A stretch of 64,000 nucleotides of DNA from Candidatus Zhuqueibacterota bacterium (GCA_049322915.1 JBMOPW010000020.1:96001-160000), one strand, 5' to 3'. Counted from the stretch's first letter, positions 30,558 through 41,273 are shown. Numbers and translations: made by a program. The notes: generated by a model from the sequence alone, not told the origin.

Positions 30558-30925
30558 AACGCGGTATTTCTTTCCTAACTTCAGATGTTCATCATCATTC
30601 TAAACATTGCATCGATCAGCTATTTCCCTCCGACACAGCAACCAGGCATGACTTTTTCTGAGATATCAATCGTGACATCAGAACGCATGAGACACTGACC
30701 ACGCCAAAAACCTGACAGATCGAATTTCTTGCACGAACGCTGTTTTCCTTCCGCTGTGCGGTTTTGAAGGCCGGCCATCCGATTCTCATGAAGCCGTAAT
30801 AATTATTTTAAATCGCTCCGTGCGAACGCCGTGCCGAATCAGCGCCCCGGAGCGCTTTCCAGTCCGGGCGAGAGGGCTGGTTGCGACATCGATGGATTCT
30901 CATTTTATTCCGGAACGCAGTTCTG

Positions 30926-31306
30926 TCATTCCGCGGCCAGACATAGCAGTTCGACGCAGCAGATAGTTTCAGTCACTTTATGGAGGTCCACTGGTTTTTT
31001 GATGTAATCAAAAGCGCCGAGTTTGAGCGTCTCCAGCGCGATCTCCTCGGAGACATTTCCGGAAATCATGATCACCGGGATGTCCGAATTGAGTTCTTTC
31101 ACCATTTTCAATATCTGCATGCCGTTCATGGCCGGCAACTGTATATCGAGAAAAATCAGATCCAGCGGGTGTTGCTTAATGATGGCTGCGGCTTCAATAC
31201 CGTCCTTTGCCTGTAGCACAACAAATCCCTGTCTGCTCAGAAATGAATCCAGCAGAGAACGGATGAAATCCTCATCATCAACGATTAGTATTGTTTTCAC
31301 ACTCAT
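30926..31306 (-). CDS. Single-domain response regulator
   Basis: ILIVDDE, IFLDIQLP, MISG and YIKKP. Confidence 0.92.
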   Translation of the reverse strand: MSVKTILIVDDEDFIRSLLDSFLSRQGFVVLQAKDGIEAAAIIKQHPLDLIFLDIQLPAMNGMQILKMVKELNSDIPVIMISGNVSEEIALETLKLGAFDYIKKPVDLHKVTETICCVELLCLAAE

Positions 31307-31321
31307 GAAATAACCTTCAAT

Positions 31322-33424
31322 TTATGTTATAATCTGTTCTGCAATTTTTGAGATATGGATTAGCGGGTAATCCATTAGGTTTCGTGTATCCGGGAGTTTA
31401 CTATTCCCTTCGGATGCGGATTGAATAATTTTCACAATCGGACGAAGCGGCTGATGTTCATTGATGTCGATGACTTCGGCGATTTCGCCGGTGTTGAGCA
31501 ACACCGTGCTTCCGATTGGGTAAAAAGATATTTTCGTGACCAGCACTTTTTTCAACTGGCTCTGAAAATATTTCTTGTCCAATTTGATCAAATTGTTGAC
31601 GGCGGCTGTGGGATTCATCCGCGGTCGCCAGGGCCGGTCATGGATCATGGCCTCGAAATAATCGCACAGCCCGATGATCTGGGAGAGCTGATTAATATCT
31701 TTCAAGCGCTTTTGATTGGGATAACCGATCCCTCCGCTGCGCTCGTGCTCCTGCAGAATGATATTGGCCATTTCATGGATCATGTCATCGGAATGGAGGG
31801 CGGCCAGTGTGCGCACCAGATTCCTCCCCCAGACAGGATGGTGCTTCACCAATGCCGCCTCTTCGGCTGTTAGCTGGCTCTTCTTGTACACAACAGCTTC
31901 GGACAGTTTCATCATCCCAATGTCATGAATCAGCGCCGTTGTCGTCGCCAGCAAGCGCTTATCCGGTTCAGATAGCAGCGCCGGGCTGACGAACGCAACC
32001 AGAATGGCGACGTTCACCGAATGCGAACCGATTGTGTATTTCGATGGGCTATCCATTGCCAATTTCAGCAAACTTTTATCTCTGCTCAGCCGAATGTGCA
32101 GGTTCTGGGCGATCTGCCATAAATCCAGCAACGCGACCTTTCTGTTTTCGGATGCGCTGACGTATTTTTCATTCACCTTGGCATTCAACAGGGCGTAAAA
32201 TTCAGCATCGCTGACCGGGAGCGTGAAGACTGCACCAGATTTCATTTCGTCAGGCCTGGTTTGAGAAGCCTTCTCCGCGACATTTCCCGTGGTTGCCGTG
32301 CGAGCAGAACCCTGATGAATGGGGCGTACATCGTGGCTCGAATGCGCCGGCGATGTTGCGGTCACAGGGCGCTGCGTCGATTGCTGGATGACAGAGTCCG
32401 TCACAAGGGATGCGTCATTGGGTCTCAATTTTATATCCAGTACGGCATCGGGACACATCTCGCACAACTTTTCAATATCCGGGGGAGTTCCCGGATCACT
32501 GCCTGAGAATTTATAGAGAGTGTCAACGACGATCGGCGCGCCGACGTTCGGGCGAGGCTCCGGCGCAATAGTGCGGATGGCGCGATTGGTATTGGGCGAA
32601 AGAGTTTCTGAACTAAGGGGCGGAGCCGATTTCCGGGCGGTCAGATCCGCTACCAGAGCCGAATCAATGCGTTTTAATTTTTTTTCGCAACCGGCGAACA
32701 GACATTTTGTGCACAATTTTTCGATACCTCCGGGGTTGCCCTGCTCGTGTTCAAAGATTTTTTGGATGGCATCGGCGTTGAAAATATTCTCGGATTGATT
32801 TCCTGCCGCCTGAATTTTATGGTCGATGTATTCCCTGGTTTCCTCCGAAGTCAAATTGGAAATCTCAATGGTTGAAAACAGGCGCTGCCGGAACTGGGGT
32901 AACCGGTCGATGATTGCGTTCAATTCCAGATGACCGGATAAAATCAGGTGAACGAAATACCTGCCATTGATTTGAGTAGTGATCAGCAGCCTCAGCTTTT
33001 CAAACACAGAAGGCTCCTGCATGAGATGAGCTTCATCGATGACGATGATTAATTTTCGAAAGGATTGGGAAAGCTGGCTGAGCCGCCGAGAGACCAATTC
33101 GGACTGCTGCGTGAAGCTGGCTGGAAAAGCTTTCACTCCCAATTGCGTCAGCAGGAATGGGTAAAACTCATGCATGAGGCCCAATGGATTGGCGATAAAC
33201 AGGGTTTTGAAATGCTGCTCGTGGATGTGCTGGAGAAAATAATTGATGAACGTGGTTTTCCCGACGCCGAAATCACCGACAACCGCCATCAATTCCTTGT
33301 GCTGTTGAATGCCTGCCAAAATCGTATGAAGATTCTCGATGAGGGAGTTCCTCACAAAAATTTCATGCGACGCCGGTGCGCCATCGAATGGATTTTTATA
33401 TAAATTCCAGTATTTTAGGCTCAT
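31322..33424 (-). CDS. ExeA/GspA-like AAA ATPase fused to an HD-GYP phosphodiesterase domain
   Basis: YWNLYKNPF, Walker A GDFGVGKTT, Walker B IIVIDEAH, QFRQR; C-terminal HSVNVA, IHDIG, HHP, QEHER..GIGYP and DYFEAMIHDRPWR. Confidence 0.85.
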   Translation of the reverse strand: MSLKYWNLYKNPFDGAPASHEIFVRNSLIENLHTILAGIQQHKELMAVVGDFGVGKTTFINYFLQHIHEQHFKTLFIANPLGLMHEFYPFLLTQLGVKAFPASFTQQSELVSRRLSQLSQSFRKLIIVIDEAHLMQEPSVFEKLRLLITTQINGRYFVHLILSGHLELNAIIDRLPQFRQRLFSTIEISNLTSEETREYIDHKIQAAGNQSENIFNADAIQKIFEHEQGNPGGIEKLCTKCLFAGCEKKLKRIDSALVADLTARKSAPPLSSETLSPNTNRAIRTIAPEPRPNVGAPIVVDTLYKFSGSDPGTPPDIEKLCEMCPDAVLDIKLRPNDASLVTDSVIQQSTQRPVTATSPAHSSHDVRPIHQGSARTATTGNVAEKASQTRPDEMKSGAVFTLPVSDAEFYALLNAKVNEKYVSASENRKVALLDLWQIAQNLHIRLSRDKSLLKLAMDSPSKYTIGSHSVNVAILVAFVSPALLSEPDKRLLATTTALIHDIGMMKLSEAVVYKKSQLTAEEAALVKHHPVWGRNLVRTLAALHSDDMIHEMANIILQEHERSGGIGYPNQKRLKDINQLSQIIGLCDYFEAMIHDRPWRPRMNPTAAVNNLIKLDKKYFQSQLKKVLVTKISFYPIGSTVLLNTGEIAEVIDINEHQPLRPIVKIIQSASEGNSKLPDTRNLMDYPLIHISKIAEQIIT

Positions 33425-33937
33425 GTATCAGTATAAAGAAATGATAAATTGACGAATTAAAATTCCGATGCGCTATCCCAGCCAAAGCCGGCCGCAGATA
33501 GCTGATCGGAATAACTGCGATCTCAGAGTTCATCCCCGGGAGTGCGCCGGCATGGCCCGATGAGATTCATCTTGTTTGGGCTGAGCAATGCGGTTTTGCC
33601 GTGTTGAATGAGTTATAATTATATCGGCCAAAAATGAATTTTATGAAATAGAATTGGGCTCGGAAGGGCGCCCCGGCGGACGGCGTGACCAAGATTTTCA
33701 CGGAACGAATTGCCGGAACTGCTTCGTGCACCGACTATGACGCAACTCAGACCGCGATGATTTTTCCAGAGTCATGATGTGTCCGTGAATCCATGCGTCA
33801 CAGTTTCGCGAATGATCTGAAATTCTCTCATCATTGATAGAATTCAGCACTGATTTTCTCTCAGAACTGGGAGAAGCCGCGCGGCGCATTCGGTGTATGT
33901 CCTTGAAAATATGGCAACAATGCCGCTGTAAATTTAC

Positions 33938-33952
33938 TGGTACGGTCTTTGT
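33938..33952 (+). promoter_or_regulatory. Possible sigma54 promoter (imperfect -12)
   Basis: TGGTAC-GGTCT-TTGT with GG-N10-GT spacing, about 80 nt before ATG 34029. Confidence 0.35.
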
Positions 33953-34028
33953 ATATTCAAAACGTCTAAATATGTCGGGCGACCTGCATCATGAATGATT
34001 GAATACACCTTCAAAAACTGAACGACCC

Positions 34029-34430
34029 ATGAAAAAAATAGTAATTGCATCAACGGACAGCGCCTTGAATACAGCCCTGAATTTTTTATTCCAAGACCGG
34101 TACAGCACAATGTCCATTGAGCTGAATAGCCGCTTCATCTCTATTATGCAAGACGAAAATATTGAATTGTTGATCATCGACTCCAATATCATCGATGAAG
34201 AAGGATTGAAAACAGTGGGGCTGTTGAAGAAAATCAACAGTTCGTTGCCGGTCATTGCGCTGTACGATATGAGCGCTCCCCGTCATTTCGAAAAAGAACT
34301 ATACAACATCGCTGATGTCATGTTCCGAAAACCGTTCTCCAACAAGCAATTGATCGATACGGTGCAGAATTTTATCGAGTCGGACGCCCGAACTAAACTG
34401 AATGAGGCTTTGCCCGGTGCACAGCAGTGA
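34029..34430 (+). CDS. Atypical receiver-domain protein
   Basis: REC-like pattern (KKIVIA, LLIID, PVIAL, FRKPF), but ASTD replaces the acidic DD pocket. Confidence 0.7.
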   Translation: MKKIVIASTDSALNTALNFLFQDRYSTMSIELNSRFISIMQDENIELLIIDSNIIDEEGLKTVGLLKKINSSLPVIALYDMSAPRHFEKELYNIADVMFRKPFSNKQLIDTVQNFIESDARTKLNEALPGAQQ

Positions 34431-34462
34431 GAATACCAAATACCACACGAAGGTTACCCAAT

Positions 34463-36142
34463 ATGTACAATTCAGATGACATAAAAAAAATCAGGCAGCA
34501 CAAGCAGGAGTGGGAGAAGCGTCAGATTCAACCCACAATCGAAAAATTTCCGGAGCGGAAGCCGTCATTCGTCACTGGCTCATCCGAACCGGTGGAACGG
34601 ATTTACGCGCCGGATTCCATCCCGGAGTTGGATTATCTGGATCGCATCGGTTTCCCCGGCGAATACCCGTTCACCCGCGGGGTGCAGCCGACCATGTATC
34701 GCGGCCGTCTGTGGACGATGCGGCAGTACGCCGGTTTTGGTACGGCTGAGGAATCGAATAAGCGTTACAAATACCTGCTGGCACAAGGGCAGACCGGATT
34801 GTCCGTCGCCTTCGATCTGGCCACGCAAATTGGGTATGACTCGGATGAGGAAATCAGTTACGGCGAGGTCGGCAAAGTCGGCGTCGCCATCGACAGTCTC
34901 GCGGATCTGGAGACTCTTTTCGATGGGATTCCCCTGGATAAAGTCTCCACGTCGATGACGATCAATGCGCCGGCCGCTGTGCTGCTGGCCATGTACATTG
35001 TCGTGGCGGAAAAGCAGGGAGTGCCGAGCACGAAGATCTCCGGCACCATTCAGAACGACATCCTGAAAGAATATGTGGCGCGCGGGACCTATATTTTCCC
35101 GCCGAAACCATCCATGCGGCTCATCACCGATATTTTTGAATACTGCTCCAAAGAAGTCCCGCGCTGGAATACCATCAGCATTTCAGGCTATCATATTCGC
35201 GAGGCCGGGTCCACGGCAGCCCAGGAAATTGGTTTCACGCTGGCCAATGGCATTGCCTACGTGCAGGCGGCTATCGACGCCGGCTTGGATGTGGATGATT
35301 TCGCCACGCGTCTCTCGTTCTTCTTCAACGCGCATAATGACTTATTGGAAGAAGTAGCAAAATTCAGAGCCGCCCGCCGGCTCTGGGCCGACATCATGAA
35401 AAACCGCTTTGGTTCCAATAATCCCAAAGCGCAAATGCTTCGTTTTCACACGCAGACAGGAGGCTCCACGCTGACAGCCCAGCAGCCGTTGAATAACGTC
35501 GTCCGCGTGGCCATTCAGACGCTGGCTGCGGTGCTCGGCGGCACGCAGAGTCTCCACACCAATAGTTACGACGAGGCCCTGGCCCTTCCGACGGAGGAGT
35601 CGGTGCGCATTGCGCTGCGCACGCAGCAGATCGTGGCCTACGAATCGGGCGTCGCGGAGACGATCGATCCACTGGCCGGGTCGTACTACATCGAAGCCAG
35701 GACCGACGAGATTGAAGCCGGCGCGCGGAAATATATCGATAAAATCGATGCGTTGGGCGGCGTGGTCAATGCGATTGAGCAGGGCTATATTCAACGGGAA
35801 ATTCAGAATTCATCCTACCGCTATCTGATGGATGTGGAACATCAGGAGCGGATCATTGTGGGGCAGAATAAATTCCAGGTTGAGGAAAAAGAAAAACCGG
35901 ATTTGCTGAAGATCGATTTCAGGGTTCAGGAAGAGCAGATTGCCCGGCTGAGAAAACTGAAGCAACAGCGCGACAATGAAGCCGTGACGGCAAGTCTGGT
36001 CGCGCTGAAACAAGTGGCGCAGAGTCAGAGAAACATCATGCCCGCCATTTTGGACGCTGTGAAAGCGTACGCCACGCTGGGTGAGATTTGCACGGTGTTG
36101 CGCCAGGTCTTTGGAGAATATAAAGAATCGGTGATGATGTAA
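34463..36142 (+). CDS. Methylmalonyl-CoA mutase, substrate-binding (large) subunit
   Basis: [48 protein letters not shown] and [10 protein letters not shown]. The Tyr in MRQY and Arg in VARG fit MCM rather than isobutyryl-CoA mutase. Confidence 0.93.
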   Translation: MYNSDDIKKIRQHKQEWEKRQIQPTIEKFPERKPSFVTGSSEPVERIYAPDSIPELDYLDRIGFPGEYPFTRGVQPTMYRGRLWTMRQYAGFGTAEESNKRYKYLLAQGQTGLSVAFDLATQIGYDSDEEISYGEVGKVGVAIDSLADLETLFDGIPLDKVSTSMTINAPAAVLLAMYIVVAEKQGVPSTKISGTIQNDILKEYVARGTYIFPPKPSMRLITDIFEYCSKEVPRWNTISISGYHIREAGSTAAQEIGFTLANGIAYVQAAIDAGLDVDDFATRLSFFFNAHNDLLEEVAKFRAARRLWADIMKNRFGSNNPKAQMLRFHTQTGGSTLTAQQPLNNVVRVAIQTLAAVLGGTQSLHTNSYDEALALPTEESVRIALRTQQIVAYESGVAETIDPLAGSYYIEARTDEIEAGARKYIDKIDALGGVVNAIEQGYIQREIQNSSYRYLMDVEHQERIIVGQNKFQVEEKEKPDLLKIDFRVQEEQIARLRKLKQQRDNEAVTASLVALKQVAQSQRNIMPAILDAVKAYATLGEICTVLRQVFGEYKESVMM

Positions 36143-36190
36143 CAAACATCGCATCGAAGTGAGCCGAAAATATTTTTGAGAAAGCAGAAC

Positions 36191-36589
36191 ATGAAGCATA
36201 AAATCAGAGTGGTCGTTGCCAAGCCCGGACTGGATGGCCATGACCGTGGCGCCAAAGTGATTGCCCAGGCCCTGCGCGACGCCGGCATGGAAGTGATTTA
36301 CACCGGCATTCGCCAGACGCCAGCGGCGATTGTGAACACTGTCATTCAGGAAGATGCCGATGTATTGGGATTGAGCATTCTGTCCGGGGCGCATAATTTC
36401 CTGCTGCCCAAAGTGATGCAGCTTCTGCAGGAAAATCAGATGACGGATGTGTGCGTTGTCGCCGGCGGCGTGATCCCGGACGAGGACATTCCTCATCTCA
36501 AAGAAATTGGCATCCGCGAGGTGTTCACGCCCGGAGCGTCGATACACAACGTGATTGAATTCATCAGGTCGAATGTGAAACATGGGTAA
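36191..36589 (+). CDS. Methylmalonyl-CoA mutase cobalamin-binding (small) subunit
   Basis: AKPGLDGHDRGAK (DxHxxG), LSILSGAH and GGVIP. Confidence 0.94.
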   Translation: MKHKIRVVVAKPGLDGHDRGAKVIAQALRDAGMEVIYTGIRQTPAAIVNTVIQEDADVLGLSILSGAHNFLLPKVMQLLQENQMTDVCVVAGGVIPDEDIPHLKEIGIREVFTPGASIHNVIEFIRSNVKHG

Positions 36590-36913
36590 TTTACATATAG
36601 AGTGACAGGATCAGCAAGGATTCCGATGTCGGAGATAAAAATGAACACCACTGAGAACCGGATCGTGAGAAAAAATAGTGATGATGATTTGAATTCGGTT
36701 CAGTACCGGTGCAAGAATGTGATCAGGCGGTATAATGGATGAAACCTGGAATGCTTGTTGAGCGCTTATGCAATAGTCGTGTTATGAAAATTGTGAGGGA
36801 ACGGTTAACACAGTTTATTTCAACATTTAAAACTTGTTGATCCTGTCTTTTTTTTAGTCACATGAGTTAACATAGCTTGTCGGTCATCGCTGGAGATACA
36901 TTTCGAGGTTTGC

Positions 36914-37315
36914 ATGATACTGAAAATCGATCATATCGGAATAGCTGTCAGGGATTTGCAGCAGCAGATCACGTTTTACAAAGACATCATGGGGCTCACG
37001 TGCACCGGCGTCGAAGAAGTGGCGGATCAAAAGGTGAAAGTCGCCATGTTCCCGGTGGGCGAGATCCGGCTGGAATTGCTGCAGCCGACCTCCCCGGACA
37101 GTCCCATCGCCAAATTTCTGGAGAAGAAAGGCGAGGGCGTGCATCATATCGCCTATCAGGTGGATAATATTGAAAAGCAACTCCAGAGTTTCGAAGATAA
37201 TAAAGTGCAGTTAATCGATAAAGTCCCGCGCAAGGGCGCCGAAGGCCTGAACATCGCGTTCCTCCATCCAAAGTCGACGTTCGGCGTGCTGACCGAAATC
37301 TGCGAAGAAGAATAG
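36914..37315 (+). CDS. mce: Methylmalonyl-CoA epimerase
   Basis: IDHIGIAV, ELLQP, GEGVHHIA and FLHPKSTFGVLTE. Confidence 0.94.
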   Translation: MILKIDHIGIAVRDLQQQITFYKDIMGLTCTGVEEVADQKVKVAMFPVGEIRLELLQPTSPDSPIAKFLEKKGEGVHHIAYQVDNIEKQLQSFEDNKVQLIDKVPRKGAEGLNIAFLHPKSTFGVLTEICEEE

Positions 37316-37484
37316 TCGATAACTGCCGATAATACAAAAGGGACAGGGGAGCTTTATGCGCGGATCAGGCTAGTGGGCCAGTGATGTAACCGGCTGTTTT
37401 TATCAAAAAACAAACAAGTAACAAAACATAGAAATTCCGAAGTCAGCAGACATTCGGAATTTATCATTTGAAGATGAGGATTCC

Positions 37485-39038
37485 ATGGCAATAATAGAAG
37501 AAAAGTTGAAAGAACTGCTGGCCAAACGGGAAGAGGCCAAGAGGGGCGGAGGCGCCGATAAAATTGAGCGACAGCATGAAAAGGGAAAACTGTCAGCCCG
37601 CGAACGAATCGATCTCTTGCTGGATGACGGCAGCTTCGAGGAGTTCGATATGTTTGTCACGCATCGCTGCACCGATTTCGGACTGGAAAAACAGAAGTAC
37701 CTGTCCGACGGCGTGGTGACCGGCTACGGTACCGTGGATGGTCGGCTGGTGTATGTCTTTTCACAGGATTTCACCGTATTCGGTGGTTCGTTATCCGAAA
37801 CGTTTGCGCGAAAAATCTGCAAGGTGATGGATATGGCCATGAAAAATGGTGCGCCCATCATTGGCCTGAACGACAGCGGCGGCGCGAGAATTCAGGAGGG
37901 CGTCCTGAGCCTTGCCGGTTACGCCGATATTTTCCTGCGAAATGTGATGGCTTCCGGGGTTGTCCCCCAGCTTTCCGCAGTGTTTGGACCCTGCGCCGGC
38001 GGCGCGGTATATTCGCCGGCAATGACCGACTTTATCATCATGTCGAAAAATACTAGCTATATGTTTCTCACCGGCCCCAAAGTTGTAAAAACGGTGACCA
38101 ATGAGGATGTGACTGAAGAAGAATTAGGCGGCGCTATGGTTCACAACCAGGTTTCCGGCGTATCCCATTTTGCAGTTGAAGATGAACAAGAGGGGATTGC
38201 CCTGCTGCGAAAAATTCTCAGCTACCTGCCCCAGAACAATATGGAAGATCCTCCCATTACCGCGTGCAGCGACGCTATTGACCGATTGGAGGATTCCCTG
38301 AATTACATTATTCCGGAGAGTCCGACCAAGCCGTACGATATGATGGATGTGATCGAAGCCGTCGTTGATAACGGGGAATTCCTCCAGGTGCAGCGGCATT
38401 GGGCGCCCAATATCATCATCGGATTCGCGCGATTTAATGGTCGGTCCGTGGGCATTGTGGCCAACCAACCGAATGCTTTGGCCGGCGTGCTGGATATCAA
38501 CTCCTCCCGAAAGGCTGCGCGATTTGTCCGCTTCTGCGATGCCTTCAACGTCCCGCTGGTTACCTTTGTCGATGTTCCCGGGTTTCTGCCCGGCACCGGT
38601 CAGGAGTTCGGCGGCATCATCTCGCACGGCGCGAAATTGCTCTATGCGTACGCCGAAGCGACGGTCCCGAAAGTGACGATCATAACGCGAAAGGCCTATG
38701 GTGGCGCGTACGATGTGATGAGTTCCAAGCACCTGCGCGGCGATATTAATTATGCCTGGCCGACATCTGAAATTGCTGTGATGGGTCCAAAGGGCGCCAT
38801 TGAAATCATCTATGGAAAAGAAATCAAATCAGCAGAAAATCCTGATGAAGTCATTAGCCGGCGCGAATCGGAATACCGAAGTAAATTTGCAACGCCGTAC
38901 GCCGCAGCTCAATATGGCTTCATCGACGATGTGATCGAACCGCGTAATTCCCGGTTCCGAATCATCCGCGCGTTGGAAAGTATCGCCACAAAACGGGATT
39001 CCAATCCACCGAAAAAACACGGCAATATCCCTTTATAA
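37485..39038 (+). CDS. mmdA: Acyl-CoA carboxyltransferase (methylmalonyl-CoA decarboxylase alpha subunit)
   Basis: [37 protein letters not shown] and KKHGNIPL; clustered with OadG-type, biotin-carrier and OadB-type genes. Confidence 0.88.
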   Translation: MAIIEEKLKELLAKREEAKRGGGADKIERQHEKGKLSARERIDLLLDDGSFEEFDMFVTHRCTDFGLEKQKYLSDGVVTGYGTVDGRLVYVFSQDFTVFGGSLSETFARKICKVMDMAMKNGAPIIGLNDSGGARIQEGVLSLAGYADIFLRNVMASGVVPQLSAVFGPCAGGAVYSPAMTDFIIMSKNTSYMFLTGPKVVKTVTNEDVTEEELGGAMVHNQVSGVSHFAVEDEQEGIALLRKILSYLPQNNMEDPPITACSDAIDRLEDSLNYIIPESPTKPYDMMDVIEAVVDNGEFLQVQRHWAPNIIIGFARFNGRSVGIVANQPNALAGVLDINSSRKAARFVRFCDAFNVPLVTFVDVPGFLPGTGQEFGGIISHGAKLLYAYAEATVPKVTIITRKAYGGAYDVMSSKHLRGDINYAWPTSEIAVMGPKGAIEIIYGKEIKSAENPDEVISRRESEYRSKFATPYAAAQYGFIDDVIEPRNSRFRIIRALESIATKRDSNPPKKHGNIPL

Positions 39039-39122
39039 AAGTGAATTGAGTGTTCCATAGCTTTGACCTGAATATGTAATAGCAAAAAACAAAACCGATT
39101 TTAAAAAACAGTGATTTCGACT

Positions 39123-39470
39123 ATGATAGATTTTTCAAAATTAGAATTGGGTTTCTCGCTCACAATCCTGGGAATGTTGGTTGTGTTTCTCAGCCTGTTG
39201 GCGCTTTTTTCCAGCATGAAACTCTTCATCCGACTCTTTGGCGCGAGTAAAAAGAGCAGCAAGAAAAGTGGAGAATTAATGGGAATAGCGGACAGTTCCG
39301 GCAAAGTAGCAATTACCGGGGAAATCGCTGTCGCTATTTCATTGGCCATTCAGCTCAGCCGGCATGAATTTCATGATTTGGAACAGACTATCGTAACGCT
39401 CAACCGGATTACAAAACCCTACTCTCCCTGGTCTTCAAAAATTCAAGGGATACGCAGCCCCTTGCGCTGA
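39123..39470 (+). CDS. mmdD: OadG/MmdD-family decarboxylase delta subunit
   Basis: Single TM LTILGMLVVFLSLLAL, EIAVAISLA, HDLE and YSPWSSKI. Confidence 0.8.
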   Translation: MIDFSKLELGFSLTILGMLVVFLSLLALFSSMKLFIRLFGASKKSSKKSGELMGIADSSGKVAITGEIAVAISLAIQLSRHEFHDLEQTIVTLNRITKPYSPWSSKIQGIRSPLR

Positions 39471-39682
39471 CCGGGATGAGGCGGAGTTATTATCAGGGAT
39501 GCATGGCGACGAGGTCAATTTGAGAATTCAGAAGGCTGAAATTTATCCAATACGACGCCGAGGCGTTTATATGAATTTTTTTCTTGTAAAGGAAATGAAT
39601 CGAAAGCCGAGTCAGGCTCTTTCAAATTGCAATGGGACAAAATCGAATGATGGAACAGAAAGAATTTTTTTTAGGATGACGA

Positions 39683-40120
39683 ATGAAGAACTATAAATTT
39701 TCGATTAATGGAAATCCGTATGGCGTGATCATAAAACAATTGGGTGATGACCATGCCATCGTTGAAGTGAATGGGGCCGAATATCAGGTGGACATCATCG
39801 AAGAGCCGATTCAAAGGAAAACGCCGCAACTCGTCCGCTCGAAAGTGGTTCCTGATACTACGAAGCGTCCCATCCAGTCGACTGCTTCCCATCGTGCCGG
39901 GACCTCCGGCGTTGTAAAAGCGCCCCTGCCCGGGTTGATTACCCAAATTCTGGTGAAGGAAGGCGATCAGGTCGATTTGGGACAGCATCTGCTGAAAATG
40001 GAAGCGATGAAAATGGAAAATAACATTCAGTCGACGAAGCGAGGTAAGGTGACCAGTATTAAAGTGAAAGCTGGCGATACCGTGCTGGAAGGGGATGTCC
40101 TGGTGGAGATAGGGGGCTGA
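39683..40120 (+). CDS. mmdC: Biotin carboxyl carrier subunit of the decarboxylase
   Basis: VKAPLPG and EAMKMEN biotinylation motif. Confidence 0.9.
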   Translation: MKNYKFSINGNPYGVIIKQLGDDHAIVEVNGAEYQVDIIEEPIQRKTPQLVRSKVVPDTTKRPIQSTASHRAGTSGVVKAPLPGLITQILVKEGDQVDLGQHLLKMEAMKMENNIQSTKRGKVTSIKVKAGDTVLEGDVLVEIGG

Positions 40121-40121
40121 C

Positions 40122-41273
40122 ATGGAAGGTTTTTACAGATTTATTCAGTTCACCGGTTTTTACAATGTCACGATGGGCCACATTGTTATGATTTTGGTTG
40201 GCCTGTTTTTTATGTACATTGCGATCAAGAAGGATTACGAGCCGCTTCTGCTTGTCCCCATTGGATTTGGCATTCTCATCGGCAATATCCCATTTTTAGA
40301 AAATGTCGGTATGCAATTAGGTATTTATGAAACCGGCAGCGTCATGAATTACCTCTATTTTGGAGTGACCCAGGGGATTTATCCGCCACTCATTTTTTTA
40401 GGACTGGGGGCGATGACTGATTTTTCCGCATTGCTCTCCAATCCAAAACTCCTGTTTTTGGGAGCGGCCGCACAGATGGGAATATTTGCTACATTACTGG
40501 GCGCCCTGGCGCTGGGATTTTCCCCTCAGGAAGCCGGGGCAATTGGGATCATCGGTGGGGCAGACGGACCGACCGCTATTTTTCTCGCGTCAAAACTGGC
40601 GCCGCATCTTATTGGCGCAATTGCCATTGCGGCCTATTCCTACATGGCGCTCGTCCCAATCATTCAGCCGCCAATCATGAAACTGCTGACCACGAAGAAA
40701 GAACGGCTCATTCGAATGAAGCCATCACGGCACGTTTCAAAAACTGAGAAAATATTATTCCCGATATTTGCATTTATCATCACTGCATTCATTTCTCCCG
40801 GGGCAATACCATTGCTGGGCATGCTTTTTTTCGGAAACCTGCTGAAAGAGTCAGGCGTAACCGACCGTTTGGGCAACACCGCCCGGAATGCGATGATCGA
40901 CATCATGACAATTCTCCTGGGAATTACTGTGGGCGCAAGCACCCAGGCAACCACATTCCTGCGGCCACAATCCATTCTAATATTCGGACTCGGTGCAATC
41001 TCGTTCATGATTGCCACGGCGAGCGGAGTTCTTTTTGCCAAATTTATGAACCTGTTTTTAAAAGGTGATAATAAAATCAATCCGCTTATCGGAGCAGCGG
41101 GTGTTTCAGCAGTGCCAGATTCAGCCCGTGTCGCGCAGACCGTGGGTGCGCAGGAAGATTCGACGAACTATCTGCTCATGCATGCGATGGGGCCAAATGT
41201 TGCCGGGGTTATTGGCTCAGCAGTGGCGGCTGGCATCCTATTGGCGGTTTTGTTCAAGATAACGGGAATGTAG
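40122..41273 (+). CDS. mmdB: Na+-translocating decarboxylase beta subunit (OadB/MmdB)
   Basis: YEPLLLVPIGFG, GAMTDF, IGIIGGADGPT, AAYSYMAL and HAMGPNVAGVIGS. Confidence 0.95.
   Translation: MEGFYRFIQFTGFYNVTMGHIVMILVGLFFMYIAIKKDYEPLLLVPIGFGILIGNIPFLENVGMQLGIYETGSVMNYLYFGVTQGIYPPLIFLGLGAMTDFSALLSNPKLLFLGAAAQMGIFATLLGALALGFSPQEAGAIGIIGGADGPTAIFLASKLAPHLIGAIAIAAYSYMALVPIIQPPIMKLLTTKKERLIRMKPSRHVSKTEKILFPIFAFIITAFISPGAIPLLGMLFFGNLLKESGVTDRLGNTARNAMIDIMTILLGITVGASTQATTFLRPQSILIFGLGAISFMIATASGVLFAKFMNLFLKGDNKINPLIGAAGVSAVPDSARVAQTVGAQEDSTNYLLMHAMGPNVAGVIGSAVAAGILLAVLFKITGM

Noticed and set aside
33425..34460. Cobalamin riboswitch ahead of the B12-dependent mutase
   Set aside because: I could not find the conserved B12-box or core motifs by eye; an Rfam scan would settle it.
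34463..36142. Isobutyryl-CoA mutase (IcmA) assignment
   Set aside because: Specificity residues are Tyr (MRQY) and Arg (VARG), and the epimerase and decarboxylase genes are adjacent, favouring methylmalonyl-CoA mutase.
39499..39696. 65-aa ORF between mmdD and mmdC as an extra decarboxylase subunit
   Set aside because: No resemblance I can recognise to MmdE or other subunits, atypical composition, and it overlaps the mmdC start.
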